Below are positions 9,245 to 18,195 of a stretch of DNA of 64,000 nucleotides, in pieces. The number at the start of each line of letters is the position of its first letter. Within the stretch, counting starts at the first letter, position 1. The notes under the pieces were generated by a model. It did no database searches and was not told the DNA's origin. It saw only the letters and a list, made by a program, of their open reading frames with translations. The DNA is from Thermoanaerobaculia bacterium. GTDB lineage: Bacteria > Acidobacteriota > Thermoanaerobaculia > Multivoradales > Multivoraceae. Location of the stretch: positions 4,448,001 through 4,512,000 of the forward strand of contig OY762911.1 of the NCBI GenBank assembly GCA_963666565.1, written 5' to 3'. The position numbers were made by a program, and so were the translations under genes.

Positions 9245-10723
9245 GTGCGCGTCTCCCTGGTCCTCCGCACCACCCTGGCGCTGGCCGGCGGCTTCGGCCT
9301 CGTGCTGCTGGCGCCGTCGGCGGTCGACGCGGCGTACGGGCACGGGCGGAGCGCTCTCGGCTTCCTGGGCGCGGCCGGCATCGCCGCGTTCCTGGGCTTG
9401 GCCTCCCGGCTGCTGCCCGGCCGGGGGCTGGAGATGCGGCGGATGGAAGGCCTGGCGACGGTCGCGATGGCCTGGATCGTCCTGGTCCTGATCGGCGCCG
9501 TCCCGTATGCCGTGAACGGCTTCGCACCGGCCGACGCGCTGTTCGAGTCGATGTCGGGGCTGACCGGCACGGGCGCCACGATCCTCGCCGACTTCGGCGC
9601 CGCCAGCGAGGGCGTCTTCCTCTGGCGCAGCCTGAGCGAGTGGGTGGGCAGCATGGGCATCATCGCCCTGTTCATCGCCGTCCTGCCGGCGCTGCGGGTC
9701 GCCGGGCGGCAGATGTTCTTCGCCGAAGCGCCGGGGCCGACGGAGGAGCGGCTCACGCCCAGGATCCGCAACACGGCGCTCTACCTGTACTCGCTCTACG
9801 TCGGCCTGACGGGCGTGGAGATCGGGCTGCTGATCCGGTTCGGCATGCCGCCGTTCGACGCCGTCTGCAACGCCCTGAGCACGGTCTCGGCCGGCGGCTT
9901 CTCCCCGCACCCGGGCAGCATCGGCGGCTACGGCAGCGACGCCATCGAGTGGACGGTGATGGCCTTCATGCTCCTGGCTGGAGCGAACTACGCCTTCCAG
10001 TTCCAGCTCGTCCGCGGCCGTCCGCTGACCCTGCTGCGAAGCGAGGAGTTCCGGCTCTATCTCGCGATCGTCGCGGCGGCGACCCTGCTGCTGGCGGTCA
10101 CCCTGAAGACCGAAGGCACGCCCCTGTGGGAGTGGCTCGCGACCGACGCGCTCAGCGCGGACACCCTGCGGCGGGCCGGCTTCCAGGCGCTGGCGATCGT
10201 CACGACGACCGGATTCGCAACCGAGGACTTCGCGGCCTGGGCGCAGGCGAGCCAGACCGTCCTCCTGCTGCTCATGTTCTGCGGCGGCTGCGGCGGCTCC
10301 GCGGCCGGCGGCCCCAAGCTGGTGCGGCTCTGGCTGATCGGCAAGTCGACCCTGCTGGAGCTGTTCCACACCGTGTTCCCGCGCGCCGTGCGGCCCCTGC
10401 GTCTGGACGGCCGCCGGGTGTCCGACGACGTCGTCCATGCCGTCGTCTCCTTCCTGCTGCTCTACCTCCTCCTGTTCGCCCTGAGCGTCGGCGTCGTCGG
10501 CCTGACCGGCGCCGGCATGGAGACCGCCGTGACCGCCAGCATCGCCACCCTGGGCAACATCGGCCCCGGCCTCGGCGACGTGGGCCCCTTCGGCAACTAT
10601 GCCCACTTCCCCGACGGAATCAAGGTCTACCTGGCGCTCAACATGTGGGTCGGCCGGCTGGAGATCGTCACCGTGCTCATCTTCCTGCACCCGGCGGCGT
10701 GGCTGGGAGTCCGCTGGCGGTAG
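9245..10723 (+). CDS. trkH: Trk system potassium uptake membrane protein
   Basis: FESMSGLTGTGA, TVSAGGF, TTTGF, GGCGGSAAGG and LGNIGPG pore motifs. Confidence 0.95.
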   Translation: MRVSLVLRTTLALAGGFGLVLLAPSAVDAAYGHGRSALGFLGAAGIAAFLGLASRLLPGRGLEMRRMEGLATVAMAWIVLVLIGAVPYAVNGFAPADALFESMSGLTGTGATILADFGAASEGVFLWRSLSEWVGSMGIIALFIAVLPALRVAGRQMFFAEAPGPTEERLTPRIRNTALYLYSLYVGLTGVEIGLLIRFGMPPFDAVCNALSTVSAGGFSPHPGSIGGYGSDAIEWTVMAFMLLAGANYAFQFQLVRGRPLTLLRSEEFRLYLAIVAAATLLLAVTLKTEGTPLWEWLATDALSADTLRRAGFQALAIVTTTGFATEDFAAWAQASQTVLLLLMFCGGCGGSAAGGPKLVRLWLIGKSTLLELFHTVFPRAVRPLRLDGRRVSDDVVHAVVSFLLLYLLLFALSVGVVGLTGAGMETAVTASIATLGNIGPGLGDVGPFGNYAHFPDGIKVYLALNMWVGRLEIVTVLIFLHPAAWLGVRWR

Positions 10724-10733
10724 GTGGACTGCC

Positions 10734-10800
10734 GGGTTCGCGGGTCTTCCGACCCGCTGCCGCCGAAGGCGGCCGGAAGACGCGCCGGCCGAAGGCCGGC
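10734..10800 (+). repeat. REP family A copy
   Basis: GCGGGTC-ttcc-GACCCGC hairpin, then GCCGCC-gaa-GGCGGC and GCCGGCC-gaa-GGCCGGC. Confidence 0.8.
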
Positions 10801-10852
10801 ACCGCCATGGCCGGCGGGCCAGGTCCACGCAGGTTGCTAAGGTGCCGGCCCC

Positions 10853-11680
10853 ATGGAACTCCTCGCCTCCGGCTACACGCTCATCGAAGGCCCCCGCGTC
10901 GACGCGGACGACCGCCTCTACTTCAGCGATGTCCACAACGGCGGCGTCTATCGACGCAGCCCGGACGGCGAAATCGAGACCGTCGTGCCGAAGCGCCGCG
11001 GCGTCGGCGGCATCGCGCTGCACGCCGAGGGCGGCATCGTCTGCTCCGGCCGCAACATCTGCCACGTCCGCGACGGCGCGACGCGGATCCTCTTCGACCC
11101 GCCGGACACCCCGGGGTTCAACGACCTCTTCGTCGACTCTCAGGGCCGAGTCATCTGCGGCACGATGCGGACGAGTCCCTTCACGGGCGCCACGGAACGC
11201 GTCCCCGGCGAGTGCTGGCGGATCGAATCGGAAGACGAGGCGACCGAACTCTACGGCGACATCAGCCTGACCAACGGCATCGGCTTCTCGCCCGACGGCC
11301 GTACCCTGTACCACGCCGACACCGCCCGAGGCCACGTCGTCGCGCACGACGTGACGGACGACGACCGCTGCGTCAACCGGCGAGCGATCGCCGAGCCCGA
11401 CCGCGGCCGCCCCGACGGCCTCGCCGTCGACGAGGAAGGCTGCCTCTGGGTCGCCTGCTTCGCCGGCGGCTGCGTCACCCGGTTCTCCGCGGACGGGACG
11501 ATCCTGAGCCACCTGGAAATCCCCGCCAGGAACATCACCAGCGTCTGCTTCGGCGGCAGCGACCGCCGCGACCTCTACGTCGTCACCGCCGGCGACCCGG
11601 ACGACCCCGAAACCAGCGGCTCGATCTTCCGCACGCGGTCGCCCGTGCCGGGACTGCCCGTACCGCTGGCGACGATCTGA
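10853..11680 (+). CDS. SMP-30/gluconolactonase/LRE family protein
   Basis: EGP, FND, NGIGFSPDG, PDGLAVD and TSVCFGG motifs. Confidence 0.93.
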   Translation: MELLASGYTLIEGPRVDADDRLYFSDVHNGGVYRRSPDGEIETVVPKRRGVGGIALHAEGGIVCSGRNICHVRDGATRILFDPPDTPGFNDLFVDSQGRVICGTMRTSPFTGATERVPGECWRIESEDEATELYGDISLTNGIGFSPDGRTLYHADTARGHVVAHDVTDDDRCVNRRAIAEPDRGRPDGLAVDEEGCLWVACFAGGCVTRFSADGTILSHLEIPARNITSVCFGGSDRRDLYVVTAGDPDDPETSGSIFRTRSPVPGLPVPLATI

Positions 11681-11696
11681 CGGTTGCGCCCGAAGA

Positions 11697-11790
11697 ATGA
11701 GCAGCAACCCTGCAGACAGCGTGCGAGCGAAACTCGCCGAACTCGGGATCTCGGAGGCTGACGTCGCTGACGCCGTCCGCTGGCACCGTT
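11697..11790 (+). pseudogene. Probable C-terminal remnant of an AbrB/MazE-type antitoxin
   Basis: ADSVRAKLAELGISEADVADAVRW resembles, from recall, the C-terminus of AbrB-like antitoxins; no DNA-binding N-terminus and no toxin follows. Confidence 0.45.
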
Positions 11791-11871
11791 CAGACGACCG
11801 GCGCCAGCCCGCGCCGTCCTCAACTCGAACGAGCCGACGTGGCCCGAGTGGCGACCCATCAACGCAGGAAT

Positions 11872-12366
11872 CTACGGATCGAGATCCGCCATCCACGTAA
11901 GCACTTCGCCCTCGCCGGCGAGCAGCACTGTTCCCGGCATGACCCGAAGCCGCCAGGGCGTCAGGCGCAGTACGGCGAACCCTGGACTGTCGGGGCCGTC
12001 CCAGTCGGGGATGATCGCCGGGTCGTAGCCGACGGGTGGTGGCGTCGACTTGAACAGGTTCCAGATCCGCTCCCGCGTGGGCAGATCGAACGCCCACTCC
12101 GCCCGGCATTCCGCGACGCAGGTGTCGTGGTTCTCGGTCCAGTAGTTGCACGAGACATGCGGGCTGGTATCGAGGTGAGCGCGCTTCGTCGCGGTCGGGC
12201 CGGTGCCTACCCAGCCGGTGAGAACGCCGTTCTCCCACTCCCAGATGGGGTGAAGTACCCGGGAGCGGGGACGGTTTGCCCGGTCCACCGTCGCGGCCGA
12301 GCACCAGACGATCCGGTGGGCCATGTCCACGAACGCAGGCGCTACGTCGGCTAGTGCTTCAGGCAA
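11872..12366 (-). CDS. Pyridoxamine 5'-phosphate oxidase-like (split-barrel flavin/F420-binding) protein
   Basis: ATVD...PRSRVLHPIWE and LRLTPWRLRV motifs; GAGGAGG RBS before a TTG at 12366. Confidence 0.85.
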   Translation of the reverse strand: MPEALADVAPAFVDMAHRIVWCSAATVDRANRPRSRVLHPIWEWENGVLTGWVGTGPTATKRAHLDTSPHVSCNYWTENHDTCVAECRAEWAFDLPTRERIWNLFKSTPPPVGYDPAIIPDWDGPDSPGFAVLRLTPWRLRVMPGTVLLAGEGEVLTWMADLDP

Positions 12367-12476
12367 GTCTGAGTCCTCCTCGGTCCTGGGTCGGTAGTGG
12401 ACGTTAGCAGCCGCCGAAACGCCAAGCCCGCGAGAGGTTTCGGCGCAGCCAGTCCGCCCACATCGACGAGAACGGC

Positions 12477-13562
12477 ATGTTCGTGATCCGAGGTCGCCTC
12501 GCGCCGGAAGCCGGCGAACTGCTGATGAAGGCGCTCGATGCCGCCGGCGAGGAGCTCTTCGACAAGGGCAGCGACGACAGGCCGCCCATCGGCAAACAAC
12601 GCGCCGACGCCTTGGCTCTGGTGGCCGAGAGGGCCTTGGCGGCAAGCCCGAAGGCGGCCCAGAGCGGCGACCGCTATCAGGTGGTCGTCCATGTCAACGA
12701 GGACGAACTCCAGGCACCCTCGGCGACGGACGAAGCGGCTCACCGAACGAACGGCACCGCACCGCCCGGGTCGGCCTTGCCTGTCGGCGCCACCGGCGCG
12801 GAGCCGTTCACGGCAGACGTTTCCGCGGAAACGTGCAAAGCGTGCCGTGCGGGCGAGGGCGGCGTGCGACAGGCCGCGGTGCTCGCGCCAGACACCCAGC
12901 GGCGACTCGCCGTCGATCAGCCCGGCGGCGTTTCCGCGGAAACGCCTCCCGCACCGAACCACCCGACCGGCGCCTGGCTCGGCGGCTCTCACATCCGCGT
13001 TTCCGCTGAAACGGCCCGGCGCGCCGCCTGCGACTCCGCCACGGTGCGGATGACCCACCGGAACGGGGAGATCCTGAGCGTCGGCCGCAAGACGCGAACG
13101 ATCCCGCCGCCGATTCGGCGCGCCCTGGAGTTCCGCGATCAGGGTTGCCGCTTCCCCGGCTGCACCTCGAGGCACTGCGACGCCCACCACATCGAACACT
13201 GGGCCGACGGCGGCGAAACGAAGCTGTCCAACCTCGTCCTCCTGTGCCGTCGGCACCACCGCCTGCTTCACGAAGGCGGCTGCAGCGTACGATTGAACGC
13301 CCAAGGCGCCACCCGGTTCTTCGACCGACGCGGACGGCCGCTCCAACGGAGCCCGGCGCCGCCGCCCATCGGCCTCCACGCCGCGGAGGACCTCGTCAGG
13401 CAACTCGAAGACGCGGGCATCCTCGTCACCGGCAAGGAGTCCATGCCCATCTGGGACGGCGAGCCTCTGGATCTGCACTACGCGATGGAGGTCCTTTGGC
13501 GGCCGCCTCCCCACCTGGAGGCCGCGGTCGCGCGGGAGAGAGGGTCCGCGCGGGTCGCGTAG
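12477..13562 (+). pseudogene. DUF222/HNH endonuclease (REP13E12-like), apparently 5'-truncated
   Basis: Intact HNH RDQGCRFPGC...DAHHIEHWADGGET...NLVLLCRRHH; starts mid-DUF222 (DENGMFVIRGRL) with an in-frame TAG at 12405. Confidence 0.75.
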
Positions 13563-13654
13563 GACGACCCTGGCAGTCGCGCGCCGCTACGCCGCCAGGA
13601 GCCGCGAGAAGCGAGCCCCGGCCGCGCCGACCCCGAAGTGACCTCGCCTTTCGG

Positions 13655-15328
13655 CTACGGACCCAGGCGTTCGATCTCGTAGACCGCTCGGCCGGACACG
13701 TCGCGGTGCCGGAGGACGATTCGCGGGCGGTCTTCGATCCAGTCGACGTCGACGCTGAGGAAGCCGCCGCCGACGCGGTGGAAGCGGTGGTAGTCGCGGT
13801 CTTCGCCCGGGGTGCCGCCGGCGTGGGCGTCGCTGGCCGGGCCGACTGAGAACTCGTGCAGGCCGGTTTCGGGATGCACGGAGTGGTACTGCCAGTGGCG
13901 GTCGCCGACGATGACGAGGAAGCGGTCGTCCAGGTTGACGCGGAACCACTCGCGGACGGCGTCGCCTTCGTGGCTGAAGGCGGCGTTGGCGTGGTTGTCG
14001 GCCTTGTTGCCGCGGTCGGGCCCGACGATGGGCGTCGGCGAGACGAGGACCTTCCAGTCGGCGTCGCTGGCGAGCAGGGATTCGCGCAGCCAGCGCCACT
14101 GTTCGGCGCCCCAGATGGTCTTGCCGGGACCGTCGGGCATGTCGTTGGGCGAGCGGAAGTCGCGGCCCTCGACCAGCCACAGTTGCAGGCCCTTGCCCCA
14201 GCGGACGGTGCGGTAGGGGCGTTCGGGCGACGGCGTCTGCTCTGCGAACACCGCGAGACCCTCGTCGAACGTCATCGGCGCGGAGATGCCGGGTTCGATT
14301 CCCGGCCAGGAGTCGTTGCGCAGGAGGTCGTGGTCGTCCTTGAGCCAGTAGCCGGGCACGGATCGCAGGAAGGAAGCGATTGCCGGCAGAGTGAACATCC
14401 GCTGCCAGTGGTAGCGCGCCAGTTCCACCGACGTCGCGCGCGGCGACTCGTTGTCGTAGTAGACGTTGTCGCCGATGGACAGGTAGAAGTCGGGCCTGCC
14501 GCTCGCCATCGAGGGGTAGATGCTGAAGCCGTCCGGGCGGTCCCGCCGGCCGTAGTACTGGCAGGTCATCGCCGTGAAGCGCACCGGCCTCCGCTGGTCC
14601 GGCCCCGGCGCGGTGCGGAACGTCGCGGTCTCGACCGCGGTCGCGGGCGCGACCGCGTCGCCGCCCGTCGCTGCGCCGCCGACCGCCGAGGACGCCGCAT
14701 CCGCCGCAGGCCGCGCCTCCACGGTCGCCAGGTAGACGGTGTCGGGGACGAGGCTGCCGAACGCGACCTGAAGCGTGAAATCGCGTAGCGGGTCGGTGGG
14801 TTGCCAGCCACCCGTGCCGACTTGCGTGGGCCGATTCGAACTGGCCGACCCCGGCGCCGTGGCTTGGAACGGTCTCTCGCCGACGCCATCGGTGCCGGCG
14901 GCCCCGTTCAACGGCCGAAGGACAACCCGCACTTCGCCCGGCGCGCCCGCCACGGCGCCTTCGAGGCTCGACGCGTCCACGCCCGGCGCCAGCATCACGA
15001 CCGGGCGGCCCGAGATCTCCAGCCCGGAGCGCCGCGCCGGCTCGGCCGTCGTCCGTGTCCAGACGATCGCCGAGTCCGCGCCGACTTCTCCCACGCGTAC
15101 GCCGCTTGCCAGGAAGACTCCGCCAGCCTGCGCCTCGACTGCCGACGCACCCGGGCCACCGACCGCCAGAGCCAGGAGGGCCGCCCCGGCGAGAGTCGAG
15201 CGACGACGTGAACCCGGCCAGAACGGCGTGGCCGCCCCCACGCCCGGGCCGGCCCCCGCGAGAGCCACGAGAGCCGCCGCGCCGAGAGACCAGCGGTTAC
15301 AGAGGCCCGGCCGGACCGGCCTTCCCAC
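13655..15328 (-). CDS. phoD: Alkaline phosphatase D (PhoD) family metallophosphoesterase
   Basis: SIGDNVYYD, KDDHD, GRDFRS and GDRHWQY motifs; start uncertain (GTG 15328). Confidence 0.85.
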   Translation of the reverse strand: MGRPVRPGLCNRWSLGAAALVALAGAGPGVGAATPFWPGSRRRSTLAGAALLALAVGGPGASAVEAQAGGVFLASGVRVGEVGADSAIVWTRTTAEPARRSGLEISGRPVVMLAPGVDASSLEGAVAGAPGEVRVVLRPLNGAAGTDGVGERPFQATAPGSASSNRPTQVGTGGWQPTDPLRDFTLQVAFGSLVPDTVYLATVEARPAADAASSAVGGAATGGDAVAPATAVETATFRTAPGPDQRRPVRFTAMTCQYYGRRDRPDGFSIYPSMASGRPDFYLSIGDNVYYDNESPRATSVELARYHWQRMFTLPAIASFLRSVPGYWLKDDHDLLRNDSWPGIEPGISAPMTFDEGLAVFAEQTPSPERPYRTVRWGKGLQLWLVEGRDFRSPNDMPDGPGKTIWGAEQWRWLRESLLASDADWKVLVSPTPIVGPDRGNKADNHANAAFSHEGDAVREWFRVNLDDRFLVIVGDRHWQYHSVHPETGLHEFSVGPASDAHAGGTPGEDRDYHRFHRVGGGFLSVDVDWIEDRPRIVLRHRDVSGRAVYEIERLGP

Positions 15329-15372
15329 TGCGGCGAAGCGCCCAAGCGGTACCCGCGAGGTCTCCTCCCCTC

Positions 15373-16140
15373 CTAACCGCAGCCCAACGCTCCGCCGTCG
15401 ACGGTGAAGGTCTGGCCCGTGGTCCACGAGCCGGCGCGCGAGGCGAGGTAGACGGCGATGCCGGCGCAGTCCACCGGCTCGCCCAGCCGCCGCAGCGGGG
15501 TTCTCGCCGCCACCGCCTTCTCGCGCTCCGGGTCCTCCCACAGCGCGCGGGCGAAGTCCGTCTTGACCAGGCCCGGACAGACCGAGTTGACCCGGATGTT
15601 GTCGGGGCCGAACTCGGCGGCGAGGTTGCGCGCGAGCTGCATGTCGGCGGCCTTCGAGATCGCGTAGGCGCCGATCACCGAGTTGCCCCGAAAGCCGCCG
15701 ACCGAGGACACGATGACGATCGACCCGTCCTTGCGCTCCTGCATCTCGGGGATCACCATCTGGCACAGCCAGTGGACGCTTCGGATGTTCACCTCCATGA
15801 CCTTGTCCCAGGCCGAATCGGGAATGCCGAGGCTCGATCCGTAGTACGGGTTGACCGCCGCGTTGACGACCAGGTTGTCGATCTTCCCCCAGCGCTCGCG
15901 GGTGGCGGCGACCAGCCGTTCCAACTGGTCCTTGTGGCCGACGTGGCACGGGTGCGCCATCGCCTCGCCGCCCTTCTCGTTGATCGCGGCCGCAACCGCC
16001 TCGCAGGCATCCGCCTTGCGGCTCGAGATGACCACCTTCGAGCCGAAGGCAGCGAGCGCTTCGGCCATCGCCCTGCCGATGCCCTTCGTCGATCCGGTGA
16101 TGACGCTCACCTTGCCGGTGAGGTCGAAGAGGTCCTTCAT
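15373..16140 (-). CDS. SDR family oxidoreductase (DHRS4-like)
   Basis: TGSTKGIG, VNAA and YAISK motifs. Confidence 0.93.
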   Translation of the reverse strand: MKDLFDLTGKVSVITGSTKGIGRAMAEALAAFGSKVVISSRKADACEAVAAAINEKGGEAMAHPCHVGHKDQLERLVAATRERWGKIDNLVVNAAVNPYYGSSLGIPDSAWDKVMEVNIRSVHWLCQMVIPEMQERKDGSIVIVSSVGGFRGNSVIGAYAISKAADMQLARNLAAEFGPDNIRVNSVCPGLVKTDFARALWEDPEREKAVAARTPLRRLGEPVDCAGIAVYLASRAGSWTTGQTFTVDGGALGCG

Positions 16141-16243
16141 TTGTCCGTTCTCCTTGTTGCCGCAGTGGCGGCCGGGTCTCGTTGATTCCTGGGAAGGCGG
16201 CGAAGGCTACCAGCCCGCCGCGCGCTGCTACAGTGCCGCCGCG

Positions 16244-17407
16244 ATGGCCGAACCGCAGCCTGGAGCCGCGAACCCGGACGATCCGATTCCCATGCGGGTC
16301 GGAATGACCGCGCCCGAGGCGTTCCCGGCCGCCGAGATGGCCGAAGCGGCCGGCCGCGCGATCCTCGACATCGGCAAGGACTTCGCCTTCTATCCCGGCG
16401 ACCTCGGTCATCCCCGTCTGCGCGAGGTGCTCGCCCGACGAGAAGCGGACCGCGAGGGCGTCGACTTCGACCCCGACGAGATCGCCCTGACCAACGGCTC
16501 GATGCAGGCGGTGACCCTCGTCGGCCGGGCGCTGATGGAGCGGCCGGGCGACACGGTCGTCACCGAGGAGACGACTTACTCCGGCACGTTGGGCGCCTAC
16601 CGCGGACTCGGCTACCGGCTCCTCGGCGTGCCGGTCGACGAACGCGGCATGGACATCGGCGAACTGCGCCGGACGCTGGAGCGCCTGGCCGCGGCTGGCC
16701 GCAAGCCGCGCTTCATCTACACCCTGCCGACCTACCACAACCCGACCGGCGCCGTGATGCCGCGCGAGCGCCGACTCCGCATGATCGAGGTCGCGCGCGA
16801 GTTCGACGTGCTCCTGGTCGAGGACAACTGCTACGCCGACGTCCACTACGACGACGCGCCCCGGCCGCCGCAGTCGCTCTACGCGCTGGCGCGGGGCGAG
16901 GGCGTCGTCTACATCGGCTCGCTGTCGAAGATCCTCGGCGCCGGCGTGCGGATCGGCTACTTCGTCGCCAGGCAGCCGCTCCTGCAGCGTTTCCTCGACC
17001 GGCGCTTCGACGCCGGCCAGAGTACGCTCTCGTCGAGCATCGTCGCCGAACTGCTGCGAGGCCGCCTGCCAGCCCAGATCGAGCGCAACAACGCCGCCCT
17101 GCTGCCGAAGCGGGATGCGCTGCTGGCCGCGCTGGAACGCGAGCTCGGAGGCGTCTGCACCTGGCGTAAACCGGCAGGGGCGATGTTCCTGTGGGTCGGC
17201 CTGCCGCACGACGTGGATCGCGAGGCGCTGTTCGCACTGGCCGAGCGCCGAAGCCTTGAGTACGGCTACGGCGCCGCCTACCACGCCAGCGGCGAAGACG
17301 TACCGTTCCTCCGCCTCGCCTACGCCTGTCCCTCCGCCGCCCGGATTCGCGAAGGCGTCGAGCGGCTGGCCGGGTGCCTGCGGGAGCTGGTGCCGGCGAG
17401 GTTCTGA
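16244..17407 (+). CDS. PLP-dependent aminotransferase, class I/II
   Basis: HNPTG, EDNCY and GSLSK (PLP Lys)...GVRIG motifs. Confidence 0.9.
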   Translation: MAEPQPGAANPDDPIPMRVGMTAPEAFPAAEMAEAAGRAILDIGKDFAFYPGDLGHPRLREVLARREADREGVDFDPDEIALTNGSMQAVTLVGRALMERPGDTVVTEETTYSGTLGAYRGLGYRLLGVPVDERGMDIGELRRTLERLAAAGRKPRFIYTLPTYHNPTGAVMPRERRLRMIEVAREFDVLLVEDNCYADVHYDDAPRPPQSLYALARGEGVVYIGSLSKILGAGVRIGYFVARQPLLQRFLDRRFDAGQSTLSSSIVAELLRGRLPAQIERNNAALLPKRDALLAALERELGGVCTWRKPAGAMFLWVGLPHDVDREALFALAERRSLEYGYGAAYHASGEDVPFLRLAYACPSAARIREGVERLAGCLRELVPARF

Positions 17408-17447
17408 CGCGAGCCCCGCTCTCGCATCGTGGCACTTGACTGCATGC

Positions 17448-17480
17448 CACAATCGTGACACTTTCGTGCACACGATTGTG
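17448..17480. promoter_or_regulatory. Probable toxin-antitoxin autorepression operator
   Basis: Perfect 10-bp inverted repeat CACAATCGTG-N13-CACGATTGTG just upstream of the antitoxin; TTGACT at 17436. Confidence 0.65.
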
Positions 17481-17500
17481 AACCACCAAAGGCACGGCCG

Positions 17501-17788
17501 ATGAACTTCGTCAGTATTCGCGACTAGCGCACCCGCTCCGCAGCGGTCTGGGAATCGCTGGCCGAAGCGAAGGATCTCGTGGTCACCTCCAACGGCAAGC
17601 CGGTCGCGGTCCTTTCCGCCGCGGGCCCGTCCACCCTCGACTCGACGCTGGCTGCCCTCCGGCAAGCCCGGGCGCAACTGGCCGTGGTCGAGATGCAGCG
17701 CCGCGCCAGGAAGGCTGGCCTCGACCGATGGCGCCTCGACGAAGTCAACGCCGAGATCGAGGAGGCGCGGCGGCAACTCCGGGCGTGA
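17501..17788 (+). pseudogene. Phd/YefM antitoxin interrupted by an in-frame TAG at codon 9
   Basis: Reads MNFVSIRD*RTRSAAVWESL...VVTSNGKPVA; TAG at 17525-17527. Confidence 0.8.
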
Positions 17789-18195
17789 GAGTCGTCGTCG
17801 ATACGAACGTCCTCGTATCCGGCCTGCTCTCGCCCTTCGGGCCGCCCGGCGCCATCGTCCGGCTGATCGCGGCAGGCCGGCTCCAACTCTGCTACGACGC
17901 CCGGATTCTGGCGGAGTACGCCGAGGTGCTGCGCCGGCCCGCCTTCCCCTTCGCGGACGGGGACATCGACGCCCTGCTTCTCCAGATTGAAGCCGCAGGC
18001 GAACTGACCGCTCCCAACCCGCTGCCGGACCGGCTCCCCGACCCTTGCGACGAGCCCTTTCTGGAGGTGGCGGTCTCCGCCTTGGCGGACTTGCTCGTCA
18101 CCGGCAACGTGAAGCACTTTCCGGCCGCCGGCAGGCAGGGCGCGCGGGTCGTTTCTCCCCGCGAGTTCGTAGATTCCGGCCTCAGGCGTCTCTAG
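17785..18195 (+). CDS. PIN-domain toxin
   Basis: VVVDTNVLVS, EYAEV, DPCD.PFLE and VTGN motifs; GTGA overlap with the antitoxin stop. Confidence 0.9.
   Translation: MRVVVDTNVLVSGLLSPFGPPGAIVRLIAAGRLQLCYDARILAEYAEVLRRPAFPFADGDIDALLLQIEAAGELTAPNPLPDRLPDPCDEPFLEVAVSALADLLVTGNVKHFPAAGRQGARVVSPREFVDSGLRRL

Noticed and set aside
6517-12304. Giant ORFs 6517-11700 (+, 1727 aa) and 8375-12304 (-, 1309 aa)
   Set aside because: Arg/Pro/Gly-rich shadow frames overlapping well-supported genes; expected in very GC-rich DNA.
17525-17527. Genome-wide amber recoding
   Set aside because: TAG terminates many intact genes here (e.g. trkH, amtB, glnK).
13655-17776. 1373-aa ORF as a PhoD fusion
   Set aside because: Only the C-terminal part is PhoD; the rest overlaps the SDR, aminotransferase and antitoxin genes in other frames or strands.
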